From an uncultured Hyphomonas sp. (GTDB taxonomy: Bacteria; Pseudomonadota; Alphaproteobacteria; Caulobacterales; Hyphomonadaceae): a stretch of DNA of 64,000 nt. Location: assembly GCA_964538945.1 (NCBI GenBank), contig CAZIGV010000013.1:12148-76147 (forward strand), written 5' to 3'. Positions within the stretch are counted from its first letter, which is position 1, and every line of letters starts with the position of its first letter. Shown here one piece after another: positions 31,565 to 41,925 of the stretch. Position numbers and translations under genes: made by a program. Below the pieces are notes generated by a model, which was not told the DNA's origin, searched no databases, and saw only the letters and a list, made by a program, of their open reading frames with translations.

Positions 31565-32847
31565 TGCGTGGTGGCACCCGGGCGGCGCTTGCCTTCGGCC
31601 GCCTCGAAAGAACACTCGCCTGGCGGTATCTGCTCGCCCGCCGGGAGCATGGCGGCGCAAGCCTGATCGCCATCATTTCATTTGTCGGCATCTTCTTTGC
31701 CGTCGCCGCACTGATCATCACCATGTCGATCATGAGCGGCTTTCGGGCGACCCTGCTTGATGCCCTGCTTGGCGGTGAACCGCATATCGCCGCCGCCGTC
31801 GACGGCTACCCGCAGGAGGAAGCTGCTGAGATCGCAGGCCTGGTGCGTTCTGTTCCGGAAGTTGAAAGCGTCTCGCCCTATATCGAGCAGTTCGTGCTTC
31901 TGTCGGCCAATGGTGTGCGTACCGGCGGCGTTGTGCGCGCCATTCCGCCAGCGGATCTTGTAACCATGCCGATCTTCAAGGATGGCGGCGCAGCTGCCAT
32001 CGCCAGCGGCTTCGGCGAAGGCCGGAATGGCGGCAACGTCATCATGATCGGCCAGTACCTGGCGGCAAATCTCGGGCTGGTCGTCGGTGACAGGGTCGAG
32101 ATTGTCACGACCCAGATGCGGTCCGGCCCGGTTGGCCAGACGCCGGTCAGCAAGAGCTATGTGGTCGGCGACATCTTCCGCACCGGGAGCGCGCAGCTCG
32201 ACAATGTCTATGTATTCATGCCGATGCAGCAGGCCCAGATCCTGTTCCAGTCCAAGGGCCGTTTCCAGTATCTCGACATCCGGGTGAAAGACCCGGATGC
32301 AACCGAGATCGCCATGCAGAAGATCTCAGATGCAACGGGTTACAGCCTGTTGCTGCGGGACTGGAAAACCAAGAACCGGACCTATCTCGGCGCGCTGAGA
32401 ACCGAACGCGTGATGGTGCGCCTTCTCGTCACGATCATCATGATGATAGCAACCCTGAATATCATTGTCGGGGTCGTCATGCTTGTCAAAAACAAGACCC
32501 GCGATATCGCCATCCTGCGCACGATCGGCCTCAGCCGGGCCGGTGTGCTGCGGGTCTTCCTCATGGTGGGTACGGCCCTGGGTTCGCTGGGTGCCCTGCT
32601 CGGAATGATCGTGGGTGTGCTGTTTATCCTCAACATCGGACCGATCGAATCGCTGATTAATCTGGCGATCGATGGTGAAGTGTTTCCGGCCGAGCAGTAC
32701 GGCCTCGATCACCTGCCGGCGGTCCTCGACTGGGGCGAGGTCTTCAGCACCGGCGCCTATGCCCTCCTGATGTCGATGTTTGTCTCGATCATACCGGCCA
32801 TCTGGGCATCCTCCCAGGACCCGGTCAAAGCCCTGAGGTTCGAATGA
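31561..32847 (+). CDS. lolE: Lipoprotein-releasing ABC transporter permease (single LolC/E-type)
   Basis: IISFVGI...[36 protein letters not shown]. Next to lolD. Confidence 0.88.
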   Translation: MMRGGTRAALAFGRLERTLAWRYLLARREHGGASLIAIISFVGIFFAVAALIITMSIMSGFRATLLDALLGGEPHIAAAVDGYPQEEAAEIAGLVRSVPEVESVSPYIEQFVLLSANGVRTGGVVRAIPPADLVTMPIFKDGGAAAIASGFGEGRNGGNVIMIGQYLAANLGLVVGDRVEIVTTQMRSGPVGQTPVSKSYVVGDIFRTGSAQLDNVYVFMPMQQAQILFQSKGRFQYLDIRVKDPDATEIAMQKISDATGYSLLLRDWKTKNRTYLGALRTERVMVRLLVTIIMMIATLNIIVGVVMLVKNKTRDIAILRTIGLSRAGVLRVFLMVGTALGSLGALLGMIVGVLFILNIGPIESLINLAIDGEVFPAEQYGLDHLPAVLDWGEVFSTGAYALLMSMFVSIIPAIWASSQDPVKALRFE

Positions 32848-33533
32848 CCGGCGTGCCCGTTCTCGAACTTCGTGCGATTGATCGCACTTACCGCACCAGC
32901 GCAGGCGACCTGCCGGTGCTGCGCGGTACGGACCTGCGCATTGCGCCCGGCGAACTGGTGGGCCTGGTCGGGCCGTCAGGCTCCGGCAAGTCGACCTTGC
33001 TGCACACGGCGGGTCTTCTGGAACGCCCGGAATCCGGTGAGGTTCTGCTCGAAGGGGCCGACTGCCTCAGGCTCAGCGAGAACGGACGCACCGCCATCCG
33101 CCGCAGCAAGATCGGCTTCGTCTACCAGTTCCACCACCTGCTTGCCGAGTTCAATGCGCTCGACAATGTCGCCATGCCGCTGATGATTGCCGGAACCGGC
33201 CGCAGGCAGGCGCGTCAGAAGGCCGCCCGCCTGCTGGAGGAGATGGGCCTCAGCGACCGTCTCGATCACCAGCCGGCGCAGCTTTCGGGCGGGGAGCAGC
33301 AGCGCGTCGCCATCGCCCGCGCGCTGGCAAACGATCCGCGCCTGGTCATTGCGGATGAGCCGACCGGCAACCTTGATCCGGCCACCACCGAGCGGGTGTT
33401 TGCAACCCTGATCAAGATGGTGCGCGAAGAGGGGGCGGGCGTCCTCGTGGCAACCCATAACCTCGCCCTGACCCGGCACATGGACAGGGTTCTGACCCTC
33501 CGCGACGGCAAGCTGACCGATTATACGGATTAA
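32844..33533 (+). CDS. lolD: Lipoprotein-releasing ABC transporter ATPase
   Basis: GPSGSGKST, FVYQFHHLL, LSGGEQQR, ADEPTGNLD, VATH. Confidence 0.93.
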   Translation: MTGVPVLELRAIDRTYRTSAGDLPVLRGTDLRIAPGELVGLVGPSGSGKSTLLHTAGLLERPESGEVLLEGADCLRLSENGRTAIRRSKIGFVYQFHHLLAEFNALDNVAMPLMIAGTGRRQARQKAARLLEEMGLSDRLDHQPAQLSGGEQQRVAIARALANDPRLVIADEPTGNLDPATTERVFATLIKMVREEGAGVLVATHNLALTRHMDRVLTLRDGKLTDYTD

Positions 33534-33574
33534 GTGTCTGTGGAAACGTCGCCTTTGCCCACTGGCGAAGGGGG

Positions 33575-33590
33575 TGATTCGGTGAGAATC
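33575..33590. promoter_or_regulatory. Paired GANTC (CcrM) sites upstream of dnaE; one matches the GcrA-type YGAKTCK motif
   Basis: TGATTCG (33575-33581) and GAATC (33586-33590) in a 79-bp intergenic gap. Confidence 0.5.
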
Positions 33591-33612
33591 TGACATTTTA
33601 CGGGTAGGCAAG

Positions 33613-36600
33613 ATGAGCAGTCCGGTCTTCATCCCTCTGGCCATCCGCTCGAGCTATTCGCTGCTCGAGAGCATGATCACGCCGTCTGATATCGCTCAGT
33701 GGTGCAGGACGCACCGCGTGCCGGCGGCCGCCGTGACGGACCGCAACAACCTGTTTGGCGCGCTTGAGCTGTCCAGCAAGCTGTCGGACGCGGGTATCCA
33801 GCCGATCATGGCCTGCTGCTTCGACGTGACCGACGCCGCCCCCAAATCCGAGCCGGCACGCATTTCCCTCTACGCCCAGAACCAGGCCGGTTATCAGCGG
33901 CTGATGTTCCTGTCCTCGCGCGCCTATCTGGACGCCCCGGATGGTGTTCCAAGACTGCATCGCCGATGGCTGCTTGAAGACACAAGCGGGCTGATCCTGC
34001 TCACCGGCGGGTCTGAGGGTGAGGTTGCCCGGCACGTTCTGAAAGGCCGGATGAGCGAGGCGCGCACCGAGCTCTCAACCCTGGCGGGGGCCTTTCCGGG
34101 GCGCTGTTATGTCGAGATCACCCGGCACGCGACCCCGGCTGAACTCAAGAGTGAAGCCGGGCTGCTCGAACTCGCTTACAGCCTCGGGCTTCCGATCGCG
34201 GCATCCCATGACGCACGTTTCATGGCGCCCGGCGATCATACCGCGCATGATGCGCTGATGTGCATCGCGAACGGCCAGTATCTGGGTCAGGACGATCGCC
34301 GGCGCGTTGAGCCGTCTCAATACCTGAAATCGCCTGAGGAAATGCAGGCGCTGTTCGAAGACCTGCCGGAGGCCCTCGCCACAACGGTGGACATTGCCCG
34401 GCGCTGCGCCATCAGGGCAGAGGCCTGCAGCCCGATCCTGCCCAGTTTCAGCTCGGCCGGGCGCTCCGAGCCGGAAGAACTTCGCGTCCAGGCGAGAGAG
34501 GGTCTCGAGCTCCGGCTGAAGGAAGCCGACCGTCTGTATGCGCCGCGTGAGGCGTATGACGAGCGGCTTGCGTTCGAGCTCAGTGTCATCGAGCGTATGG
34601 GCTTTCCCGGCTATTTCCTGATCGTATCCGATTTCATCAAATGGGCGAAGGCAAACGGGATTCCCGTGGGGCCCGGGCGCGGCTCGGGCGCAGGCTCGCT
34701 CGTCGCCTGGTCACTTCTGATCACGGATCTTGATCCGATCCGGTTCGATCTGCTCTTCGAACGCTTTCTCAATCCCGAGCGTGTCTCGATGCCGGATTTC
34801 GACGTCGACTTCTGCCAGGAGCGGCGCGGCGAAGTCATCCGCTATGTCCGCGACAAGTATGGCGCCGACTGCGTAGCGATGATCATCACCTTCGGCACCC
34901 TCCAGGCCAAGGCGGTGGTACGCGATGTCGGCCGCGTGATGCAGATGCCGTATGGCCAGGTTGACCGCCTGGCGAAACTCATCCCGTTCAACCCGGCCAA
35001 GCCGCCGACGCTTGATGAGGCGATCGCAGGTGAGCCCAAGTTCGATGAGGAAATTGCAGCCGATCCGCGCGTTGGCGAACTGATCGAGATCGCGCGCTCC
35101 CTGGAAGGCCTTTACCGCAACGCTGGCACCCATGCAGCGGGTGTGGTGATCGCCGACCGGCCGCTTGTCAATCTTGTCCCGCTCTACAATGATCCGCGCG
35201 CCGAGCTTCCGGCGACGCAGTTCAACATGAAGTATGCCGAGATGGCAGGCCTCGTGAAATTTGACTTCCTCGGCCTGAAGACGCTGACGGTCATCGACCG
35301 TGCGCTGAAGTTCCTCCAGGCGGGTGGCAAGTCTCTCGGCGCGGGCTGGAAGAGCCTGGATGATGCCGCGACGTTCGAGCTGATGGCGAGCGGAGAAACC
35401 CTGGGCGTATTCCAGCTTGAAGGGGCTGGCATGCGCGATACGCTGCGCCGGGTGCGCCCGAGCAATATTGAAGATGTGATCGCGATCATCTCGCTCTACC
35501 GGCCTGGTCCGATGGAAAATATCCCGGTTTATGTTCAGGGTAAGGAGGATCCGGCCTGCGTCACCTACCAGCATCCCGATCTGAAGCCTGTACTCGAGGC
35601 GACCTATGGTGTGCCTGTCTATCAGGAGCAGGTCATGCGGATGGCGCAGGAGGTTGCGGGCTACTCGCTCGGCGAGGCAGACCTGCTGCGCCGCGCCATG
35701 GGCAAGAAGAAAATCGAGGAGATGACCGCCCAGCGCAAACGCTTCGTCGAAGGCGCTGCGCGCACCAAGGGCATGGCCGAGCCGCTTGCCAATGAAATCT
35801 TCGATACGATGGAGAAGTTCGCCGGTTATGGCTTCAACAAGTCTCACGCCGCTGCCTATGCGCTTGTCGGCTATCAGACAGCCTACCTCAAATGCCACTT
35901 CCCGGTTGAGTTCCTGGCGGCCTCGATGAGCCTTGATATTGGCAATACGGACAAGCTTGCCGCCTTCTTTCAGGAAGCCAGGCGCCTGCGCATCCCGGTA
36001 CTGGCACCTGACATCAACACCTCTGGGGCCGATTTTGACGTGCGCGGCGGATCGATCATCTATGCGCTCGGCGCGCTGAAAGGCGTCGGCGTCGAGGCGA
36101 TGCGGCATCTGGTTGCGATCCGCGAAGAGGGCGGCGTGTTCCGGGACCTCTATGACCTTGCCGAACGGATCGATCCGCGCCTGGTGAACAAGAAGGCACT
36201 TGAGTCGCTGGCACGCGCCGGGGCCCTGGACGGGCTTGAGGCGAACCGGTCGCGCGTTCTGGACTCGGTTGCTGTACTGACCCACCATGCCAACAGCACC
36301 GCCGGTGACAGGCAGGGCGGGCAGGGCGGGCTGTTTGCCGAGGCTGAACCCGCACTGCGCCCGCCCCTGCCTTCGCCGAAGCCGTGGACCGTCCAGCAGA
36401 AGCTCGACGAGGAGTTTGCCTCGATCGGCTTCTATTTCTCCGGTCACCCGCTCGATGATGTGCTGGTCTCGCTCGACCGCGACCGGATCACCCTGATCAT
36501 GGAGATCGAGGACCGGGCCGGAGAGGGGCGTCCCCTCGAGATGATCGGCATCGTGCGGGCCCGGAACGACAAGTCCGGGCGCAATGGCAGCAAGTTCTCC

Positions 36601-37035
36601 TTCCTGACCGTCTCGGACCCGACCGGCGAGCGGGATGTCACCGTGTATAGCGAAGCGCTCAGCCAGTACGGCGACCTGCTGCGTCCCGGCAAGGCGATCG
36701 CCCTGACGGTTTCGGTCAAGCAGAATGGCGAGGAGACCCGTCTGATCATGGACAGGGCGATTGAGCTGGACTCAGCCCGCCTCTCCAGGCCCTCCGGCCA
36801 GCTGATTGTCCGGCTGTCCAGCGGTGCAAATCCGGCAGAACTGGCCGGCCTTGTCCGGCGGCTGGAAGGGCTGTCAGACCCGGACCGCGGTTCGATCCTG
36901 CTGGAGGTGCCTCTGGAGGACGGGCGGCTGGTCACCGTGAAGCTGCCCCAGACCTACACGATCAGCCTCAGGGCCCAGCGGGCGCTGAAGGACATTCCCG
37001 GGGTCGAGCGGGTTGTTCCGCGCCGGGCGGCCTGA
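33613..37035 (+). CDS. dnaE: DNA polymerase III alpha subunit
   Basis: PVGPGRGSGAGS, FERFLNPERVSMPDFDVDF, GTHAAGVV, KFDFLGL, FAGYGFNKSHAAAY. Confidence 0.98.
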   Translation: MSSPVFIPLAIRSSYSLLESMITPSDIAQWCRTHRVPAAAVTDRNNLFGALELSSKLSDAGIQPIMACCFDVTDAAPKSEPARISLYAQNQAGYQRLMFLSSRAYLDAPDGVPRLHRRWLLEDTSGLILLTGGSEGEVARHVLKGRMSEARTELSTLAGAFPGRCYVEITRHATPAELKSEAGLLELAYSLGLPIAASHDARFMAPGDHTAHDALMCIANGQYLGQDDRRRVEPSQYLKSPEEMQALFEDLPEALATTVDIARRCAIRAEACSPILPSFSSAGRSEPEELRVQAREGLELRLKEADRLYAPREAYDERLAFELSVIERMGFPGYFLIVSDFIKWAKANGIPVGPGRGSGAGSLVAWSLLITDLDPIRFDLLFERFLNPERVSMPDFDVDFCQERRGEVIRYVRDKYGADCVAMIITFGTLQAKAVVRDVGRVMQMPYGQVDRLAKLIPFNPAKPPTLDEAIAGEPKFDEEIAADPRVGELIEIARSLEGLYRNAGTHAAGVVIADRPLVNLVPLYNDPRAELPATQFNMKYAEMAGLVKFDFLGLKTLTVIDRALKFLQAGGKSLGAGWKSLDDAATFELMASGETLGVFQLEGAGMRDTLRRVRPSNIEDVIAIISLYRPGPMENIPVYVQGKEDPACVTYQHPDLKPVLEATYGVPVYQEQVMRMAQEVAGYSLGEADLLRRAMGKKKIEEMTAQRKRFVEGAARTKGMAEPLANEIFDTMEKFAGYGFNKSHAAAYALVGYQTAYLKCHFPVEFLAASMSLDIGNTDKLAAFFQEARRLRIPVLAPDINTSGADFDVRGGSIIYALGALKGVGVEAMRHLVAIREEGGVFRDLYDLAERIDPRLVNKKALESLARAGALDGLEANRSRVLDSVAVLTHHANSTAGDRQGGQGGLFAEAEPALRPPLPSPKPWTVQQKLDEEFASIGFYFSGHPLDDVLVSLDRDRITLIMEIEDRAGEGRPLEMIGIVRARNDKSGRNGSKFSFLTVSDPTGERDVTVYSEALSQYGDLLRPGKAIALTVSVKQNGEETRLIMDRAIELDSARLSRPSGQLIVRLSSGANPAELAGLVRRLEGLSDPDRGSILLEVPLEDGRLVTVKLPQTYTISLRAQRALKDIPGVERVVPRRAA

Positions 37036-37051
37036 GGCGGCCTGAGGCGGC
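37026..37051 (+). repeat. 10-bp tandem duplication spanning the dnaE stop codon
   Basis: GGCGGCCTGA-GGCGGCCTGA-GGCGGC. Confidence 0.85.
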
Positions 37052-37070
37052 GGAAGGCAGCGGTTTGCTC

Positions 37071-37098
37071 TTGCTCCGGGCCTCAGAAGCTGTATAGC
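37071..37098 (+). promoter_or_regulatory. Putative sigma70 promoter of rpsB-tsf
   Basis: TTGCTC (37071-37076), 16 bp, TATAGC (37093-37098). Confidence 0.5.
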
Positions 37099-37104
37099 AG
37101 CGCA

Positions 37105-37192
37105 CTTCGAAACCATGTCGCGGGTGCATCCGGTGCGACGGGGTCAAACCCGTGGTTCCACCCTGCGACGGCCAACCGGATGGAGAAAATCG
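37105..37192 (+). ncRNA. Structured rpsB 5' leader (t44/S2-autoregulation-like)
   Basis: Outer stem CATCCGGT (37127-37134) / ACCGGATG (37175-37182) encloses hairpin ACGGG-GTCAAA-CCCGT (37138-37153). The right arm abuts the SD GGAG. Confidence 0.55.
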
Positions 37193-37984
37193 ATGGCCCT
37201 ACCTGACTTCTCAATGCGTCAGCTGCTCGAAGCCGGCGTTCACTTTGGTCACCAGACCCACCGCTGGAACCCGCGGATGAAGCCGTACATTTACGGCGAA
37301 CGCTCCGGCATCCACATCATGGACCTCTCGCACACCGTGCCGGCACTGCATCAGGCGCTGGTTTTCGTGCGTGACACGGTTGCCAAAGGCGGCCGGATCC
37401 TGTTCGTCGGCACCAAGCGCCAGGCACAGGATCCTGTGGCTGAGGCCGCGCAGCGCTGCGCCCAGTATTACATGAACCATCGCTGGCTCGGCGGCACGCT
37501 GACCAACTGGACCACTGTGTCCAACTCGATCAAGCAGCTGCGCGAACTCAATGCGATGTTCGAAACCGGGGGCGGCTCGGGCCTTACCAAGAAAGAACTC
37601 CTCGACCTGCAGCGCCGCCGCGACAAGCTGCAGCAATCCCTTGGCGGCATCGCCGATATGGGCGGCCTGCCGGCGGCCATTATCGTCATCGATACCAACA
37701 AGGAAGCGATTGCTGTCCAGGAAGCCCGCAAGCTGGGCATCCCGGTCGTGGCCGTGCTCGACACCAATTGTGATCCGGCGGACGCCGATTACGGTTTCCC
37801 GGGCAATGATGACGCGGCGCGCGCCATCTCTCTCTACTGCAACCTGTTTGCCGATGCCGTCCTCGACGGTCTGGCCGAATCGACCTCCAGCCTCGGTCTG
37901 GACCTTGGCGCCCTGTCGGATGTCAGCGCGCTGGCCGACGCGGATGTCCAGCTTGCAGGCGAGCCGGCTGCCGGCGGCGCCTGA
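37193..37984 (+). CDS. rpsB: 30S ribosomal protein S2
   Basis: [50 protein letters not shown]. Start ATG 37193. Confidence 0.98.
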   Translation: MALPDFSMRQLLEAGVHFGHQTHRWNPRMKPYIYGERSGIHIMDLSHTVPALHQALVFVRDTVAKGGRILFVGTKRQAQDPVAEAAQRCAQYYMNHRWLGGTLTNWTTVSNSIKQLRELNAMFETGGGSGLTKKELLDLQRRRDKLQQSLGGIADMGGLPAAIIVIDTNKEAIAVQEARKLGIPVVAVLDTNCDPADADYGFPGNDDAARAISLYCNLFADAVLDGLAESTSSLGLDLGALSDVSALADADVQLAGEPAAGGA

Positions 37985-38026
37985 GGGCGCGCTCCGGCGC
38001 ATTAATTCAGATGAAGGATCAAAGCC

Positions 38027-38932
38027 ATGGCTGAGATTACAGCGGCACTTGTAAAGCAACTTCGCGAAAAGACCGGCGCAGGCATGATGGATGCCAAGAA
38101 AGCCCTGGTTGAGAATGCGGGCGATGAAGCCGCCGCCATAGAATGGCTGCGCGCCAAGGGCCTGTCCAAGGCCGCCAAGAAATCCGGGCGTGCGGCCGCT
38201 GAAGGCCTCGTCGCCGTCAGGGTGGCCGCCGATGGCAGGAGCGGGGCGATCGTCGAGCTGAACTCGGAGACCGACTTCGTCTCGCGCAATGAGGGCTTCC
38301 AGAAAGCGCTCGATGCCATCACGGCCGTCGCCCTGTCGACTGACGGTTCGGTGGCCGCCGTGTCGGGCGCGCCTGCGCCTGACGGGGAAGGCAGCGTTGA
38401 TGACATGGTCAAGCGCATGATCGCCACGATCGGTGAAAACATGACGCTTCGCCGGTCCGCGAAGCTGACGGCGGAGGGGCGCGTTGCCTCCTACATCCAC
38501 AATGCCGCCGCCCCCGGAATGGGCAAGGTTGCCGTGCTGGTGGCGCTTGAGGGCGCGGGCGATCTTGACGATACCGGCCGCAAGGTTGCGATGCACATCG
38601 CAGCCACCTCACCGGCTGCGGCCACGACAGCCGAACTCGATCCTGCGCTGATCGAGTCGGAGAAGCGCGTTCTGACCGAACAGGCCCGCGAGAGCGGCAA
38701 GCCGGACGCGGTGATCGAGAAGATGATCGTTGGCCGTATGCAGAAATTCTACAAGGAAGTGGTGCTCGTCGAGCAGCCCTTCATCATGGATCCGGACAGG
38801 ACAGTAGGCGATTTCCTCAAGGCCCAGGGCGCGAGCCTGAAGGGGTTCGTGCACTTCAAGCTGGGCGAAGGGGTGGAAAAGGAAGAGACGGACTTTGCTG
38901 CGGAAGTCGCGTCTATGACAAAAGGCGCCTGA
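38027..38932 (+). CDS. tsf: Elongation factor Ts
   Basis: [41 protein letters not shown]. Confidence 0.98.
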   Translation: MAEITAALVKQLREKTGAGMMDAKKALVENAGDEAAAIEWLRAKGLSKAAKKSGRAAAEGLVAVRVAADGRSGAIVELNSETDFVSRNEGFQKALDAITAVALSTDGSVAAVSGAPAPDGEGSVDDMVKRMIATIGENMTLRRSAKLTAEGRVASYIHNAAAPGMGKVAVLVALEGAGDLDDTGRKVAMHIAATSPAAATTAELDPALIESEKRVLTEQARESGKPDAVIEKMIVGRMQKFYKEVVLVEQPFIMDPDRTVGDFLKAQGASLKGFVHFKLGEGVEKEETDFAAEVASMTKGA

Positions 38933-38969
38933 CACGTCTTGCCTTTGTCCCCGTGAGGGGCTTTGAACA

Positions 38970-39007
38970 ATCCCGGCTGGGCGGTCTCGCATAGCCGGGA
39001 TTTTTTT
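38970..39007 (+). terminator. Rho-independent terminator after tsf
   Basis: ATCCCGGCT (38970-38978) / AGCCGGGAT (38993-39001) stem followed by a T7 run. Confidence 0.85.
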
Positions 39008-39039
39008 AGTGCGTCGTTTGGAAAGATCGGTGGAAGAAA

Positions 39040-39795
39040 ATGCCGGCGAGTGAGCCTGAAAAGAACCAGTTGAAATACCGGCGCGTGCTTCTGAAGCTTT
39101 CAGGCGAAGCCCTGATGGGCCCCGGCCAGTTCGGCATCGATATCCCGACCTGCATCACATTTGCCCAGGCCATAGCCGAAGCCCGCGCGGCCGGCGCCGA
39201 GATCTGCCTCGTGATCGGGGGCGGGAACATCTTCCGCGGGGTTGCGGGTGCGGCCAGGGGCATGGAACGGGCGCAGGCCGATTCCATGGGCATGCTGGCG
39301 ACCGTGATGAACGCGCTGGCCATGCAGAGCGTGCTGGAGGGCGTCGGTGTGCCAACCCGCGTCCAGTCGGCCCTGAGCATGGACGCCGTGTGCGAGCCCT
39401 ATATCCGCCGGCGCGCCCAGCGCCATATGGAGAAGGGGCGGGTGGTCATCTTCGCCGCCGGCATTGGCAACCCGTTCTTCACCACCGACACGGGCGCGGC
39501 GCTGCGTGCCATCGAAATGAACTGCGACGCGCTGCTCAAGGGCACGCAGGTCGACGGCGTCTATACCGCTGACCCGAAGCTCGACGCCAACGCCACCCGT
39601 TACAAACAGGTCGCCTATGATGAGCTCCTGATCAAGAACCTGCGCGTGATGGACCCCTCAGCGGTGAGCCTTATGCGCGATAACAATATTCCGATCGTCG
39701 TCTTCTCGCTCAAGGAAGAGGGATCCCTGCTCAATGTCCTTTATGGGCGGGGAACATCGACGACGATTTCCAGCCAGGGAGATTCGGCCGAATGA
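39040..39795 (+). CDS. pyrH: Uridylate kinase
   Basis: [43 protein letters not shown]. Confidence 0.97.
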   Translation: MPASEPEKNQLKYRRVLLKLSGEALMGPGQFGIDIPTCITFAQAIAEARAAGAEICLVIGGGNIFRGVAGAARGMERAQADSMGMLATVMNALAMQSVLEGVGVPTRVQSALSMDAVCEPYIRRRAQRHMEKGRVVIFAAGIGNPFFTTDTGAALRAIEMNCDALLKGTQVDGVYTADPKLDANATRYKQVAYDELLIKNLRVMDPSAVSLMRDNNIPIVVFSLKEEGSLLNVLYGRGTSTTISSQGDSAE

Positions 39796-40346
39796 GCTAC
39801 AGCAAGCAGGATATTGAACGGCGGATGGAGGGCGCACTGGCCTCTCTCGCCACGGAGTTTTCAGGTCTTCGCACGGGCCGCGCCTCGGTCAACCTGCTCG
39901 ATTCGATCACTGTGTCGGCGTATGGCGGCCTGTCGCCCCTCAGCCAGGTGGCTTCGGTAACCGTGACCGACACAAGGATGCTGTCGGTCAATGTGTGGGA
40001 CAAGACCGTGGTCGGCGCGGTGGACCGCGCGATCCGCGAGTCCGGCCTTGGTCTGAACCCGATCATGGACGGTCAGACGCTGCGCATTCCGATCCCTGCG
40101 CTGAACGAGGAGCGCCGGGTCGAACTTACCAGGATCGCTGGCAAATATGCCGAGGCCGCGCGTGTTGCGGTGCGCAATGTGCGCCGGGATGGCATGGATG
40201 CGCTCAAGAAGATGGAAAAGGCCGGCGAGATCGGCGAGGATCGCCACCGGTCACTGTCCGAAGAAGTGCAGAAGCTGACAGACACCTTCGTGCAGCGCGT
40301 GGATGAGGCGCTCAAGGCGAAGGAAGCGGAGATCATGCAGGTGTAA
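39792..40346 (+). CDS. frr: Ribosome recycling factor
   Basis: [28 protein letters not shown]. Confidence 0.97.
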   Translation: MSYSKQDIERRMEGALASLATEFSGLRTGRASVNLLDSITVSAYGGLSPLSQVASVTVTDTRMLSVNVWDKTVVGAVDRAIRESGLGLNPIMDGQTLRIPIPALNEERRVELTRIAGKYAEAARVAVRNVRRDGMDALKKMEKAGEIGEDRHRSLSEEVQKLTDTFVQRVDEALKAKEAEIMQV

Positions 40347-41104
40347 TGGCGCTCACCGGGACGTCCCCTGAACCATCCCATCCGGGGGGGCATCCTCCCG
40401 CGCCCCGGCATGTTGCCATTATCATGGACGGCAACGGACGGTGGGCGAGCGCCAGGGGCCTTCCGAGGACAGCGGGCCATGAACGCGGTGTCGAGGCCCT
40501 CAGACGCACCGTGGAAGCGGCGGGCGAGCTGGGGGTGCGCTATCTCACGGTGTTCTCATTCTCAACGGAAAACTGGCGCCGGCCGGCCGCAGAGGTCAAC
40601 ACCCTGTTCGGATTGCTGAAAGCCTATGTGCAGCGCGACCTGCACAGGCTGAAGCAGGACGGGGTCTGCGTGCGGGTCATCGGCCAGCGCGAGGGGCTGC
40701 CGCCTGACGTTGCCGAACTCGTGGACCGCGCGGAACGGGAAACCGCCGGCAACAGCAGGTTCCACCTGACAATCGCCTTTAACTATGGCGCGCGCAATGA
40801 GATCCTGCGGGCTGCGAACGCGTATGCTGAGGCCCTGCGGGCAGGCGAATGCACCGGGCCACTGGACGAAGCCCGGTTTGCAGCCCTGCTGGATACAAGC
40901 GGTATTCCCGATCCTGATCTGATGATCCGCACCAGCGGAGAGTATCGCATCAGCAACTTCCTGCTCTGGCAGGCCGCCTATGCCGAACTGCTCTTCGTTG
41001 ATGTGATGTGGCCTGACTTCAACCGATCCCACCTCGAAAGTGCGATCAGGCGGTATCATGAACGGGAGCGCCGCTTCGGCGCCGTCGCCCCTGGAGCCAG
41101 CTGA
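40346..41104 (+). CDS. uppS: Undecaprenyl diphosphate synthase
   Basis: HVAIIMDGNGRWA, FSTENWRRP, NYGAR, PDLMIRTSGEYRISNFLLWQ. Confidence 0.97.
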   Translation: MALTGTSPEPSHPGGHPPAPRHVAIIMDGNGRWASARGLPRTAGHERGVEALRRTVEAAGELGVRYLTVFSFSTENWRRPAAEVNTLFGLLKAYVQRDLHRLKQDGVCVRVIGQREGLPPDVAELVDRAERETAGNSRFHLTIAFNYGARNEILRAANAYAEALRAGECTGPLDEARFAALLDTSGIPDPDLMIRTSGEYRISNFLLWQAAYAELLFVDVMWPDFNRSHLESAIRRYHERERRFGAVAPGAS

Positions 41105-41922
41105 TGGGCGACTGGACACCGCCTGAAAAGCGGTTCTCCGAGCTACCTTTGCGCCTGCTGACCGCCCTGATCCTCATTCCGTTTGCCCTGTTTGCGGTCT
41201 GGAAGGGATCCTGGTGGCTGGCTGCGGGCTGCGGCGGCTTCTGTGCGGTCATGATGATCGAATGGTGCCGCATGAGCTCGGCGCCGGATGCCGGCGGGCA
41301 GGCCGTCCTTGCCGCCCTGTTCGGTCTCAGCCTGGCCCTGGCTGACCCGCGGATCAGCGGGGCGATCTTCGCCTGCGCCCTCGGGCTGGCGATCCTCTCA
41401 CCGAAGGCCCGGCCGGAGGCGCGCGTGTCAGGCGGGTTCGGTGTCCTCTACGTCTTCGCCATGGTGGCGGGGCTGTTCGCCTTAAGGGAAGGGCCCTGGA
41501 ACGGTCTCAACGCCGCCCTTTACTTCATGTCATTCGTCTGGGCGTCGGACGCGGCCGCCTACTTCTTCGGACGCCTCCTGCGCGGCCCGCGCCTGCTGCC
41601 GAAAGAGAGCCCGAACAAGACCTGGAGCGGCGCCATCGCAGGCGTCCTTGCCTGCGCCGGCTGCGGCTACCTGGCCGCGGGATGGCAGGGCGCAGCCCCG
41701 GTGGCCTGGATCATCGCCGCCATGCTGGTATCGGTTGGCGCCCAGGCCGGCGACCTGTTCGAAAGCGGTCTCAAGCGGCGTTTCAAGGTCAAGGATTCCG
41801 GAACCATCCTGCCCGGTCATGGCGGCTTGCTCGACCGGGTCGACGGGCTGGGTGCGGTCAGCGTCCTGGCCACGTTGATATTTCTGAGTGTTCCGGCGGC
41901 GCCGCGCCTGCTAGGGATCTGA
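41104..41922 (+). CDS. cdsA: Phosphatidate cytidylyltransferase
   Basis: DAAAYFFG, SPNKTWSG, GDLFESGLKRRFKVKDSGTILPGHGGLLDRVD. Confidence 0.95.
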   Translation: MGDWTPPEKRFSELPLRLLTALILIPFALFAVWKGSWWLAAGCGGFCAVMMIEWCRMSSAPDAGGQAVLAALFGLSLALADPRISGAIFACALGLAILSPKARPEARVSGGFGVLYVFAMVAGLFALREGPWNGLNAALYFMSFVWASDAAAYFFGRLLRGPRLLPKESPNKTWSGAIAGVLACAGCGYLAAGWQGAAPVAWIIAAMLVSVGAQAGDLFESGLKRRFKVKDSGTILPGHGGLLDRVDGLGAVSVLATLIFLSVPAAPRLLGI

Positions 41923-41925
41923 GTC

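Noticed and set aside
34711-36447. 578-aa antisense ORF inside dnaE (similar long ORFs: 59363-61204, 47884-49464, 16506-18023, 37211-38596, 11479-12759)
   Set aside because: They lie fully antisense to well-conserved genes, have no recognisable motifs, and are the expected shadow ORFs of GC-rich codon usage.
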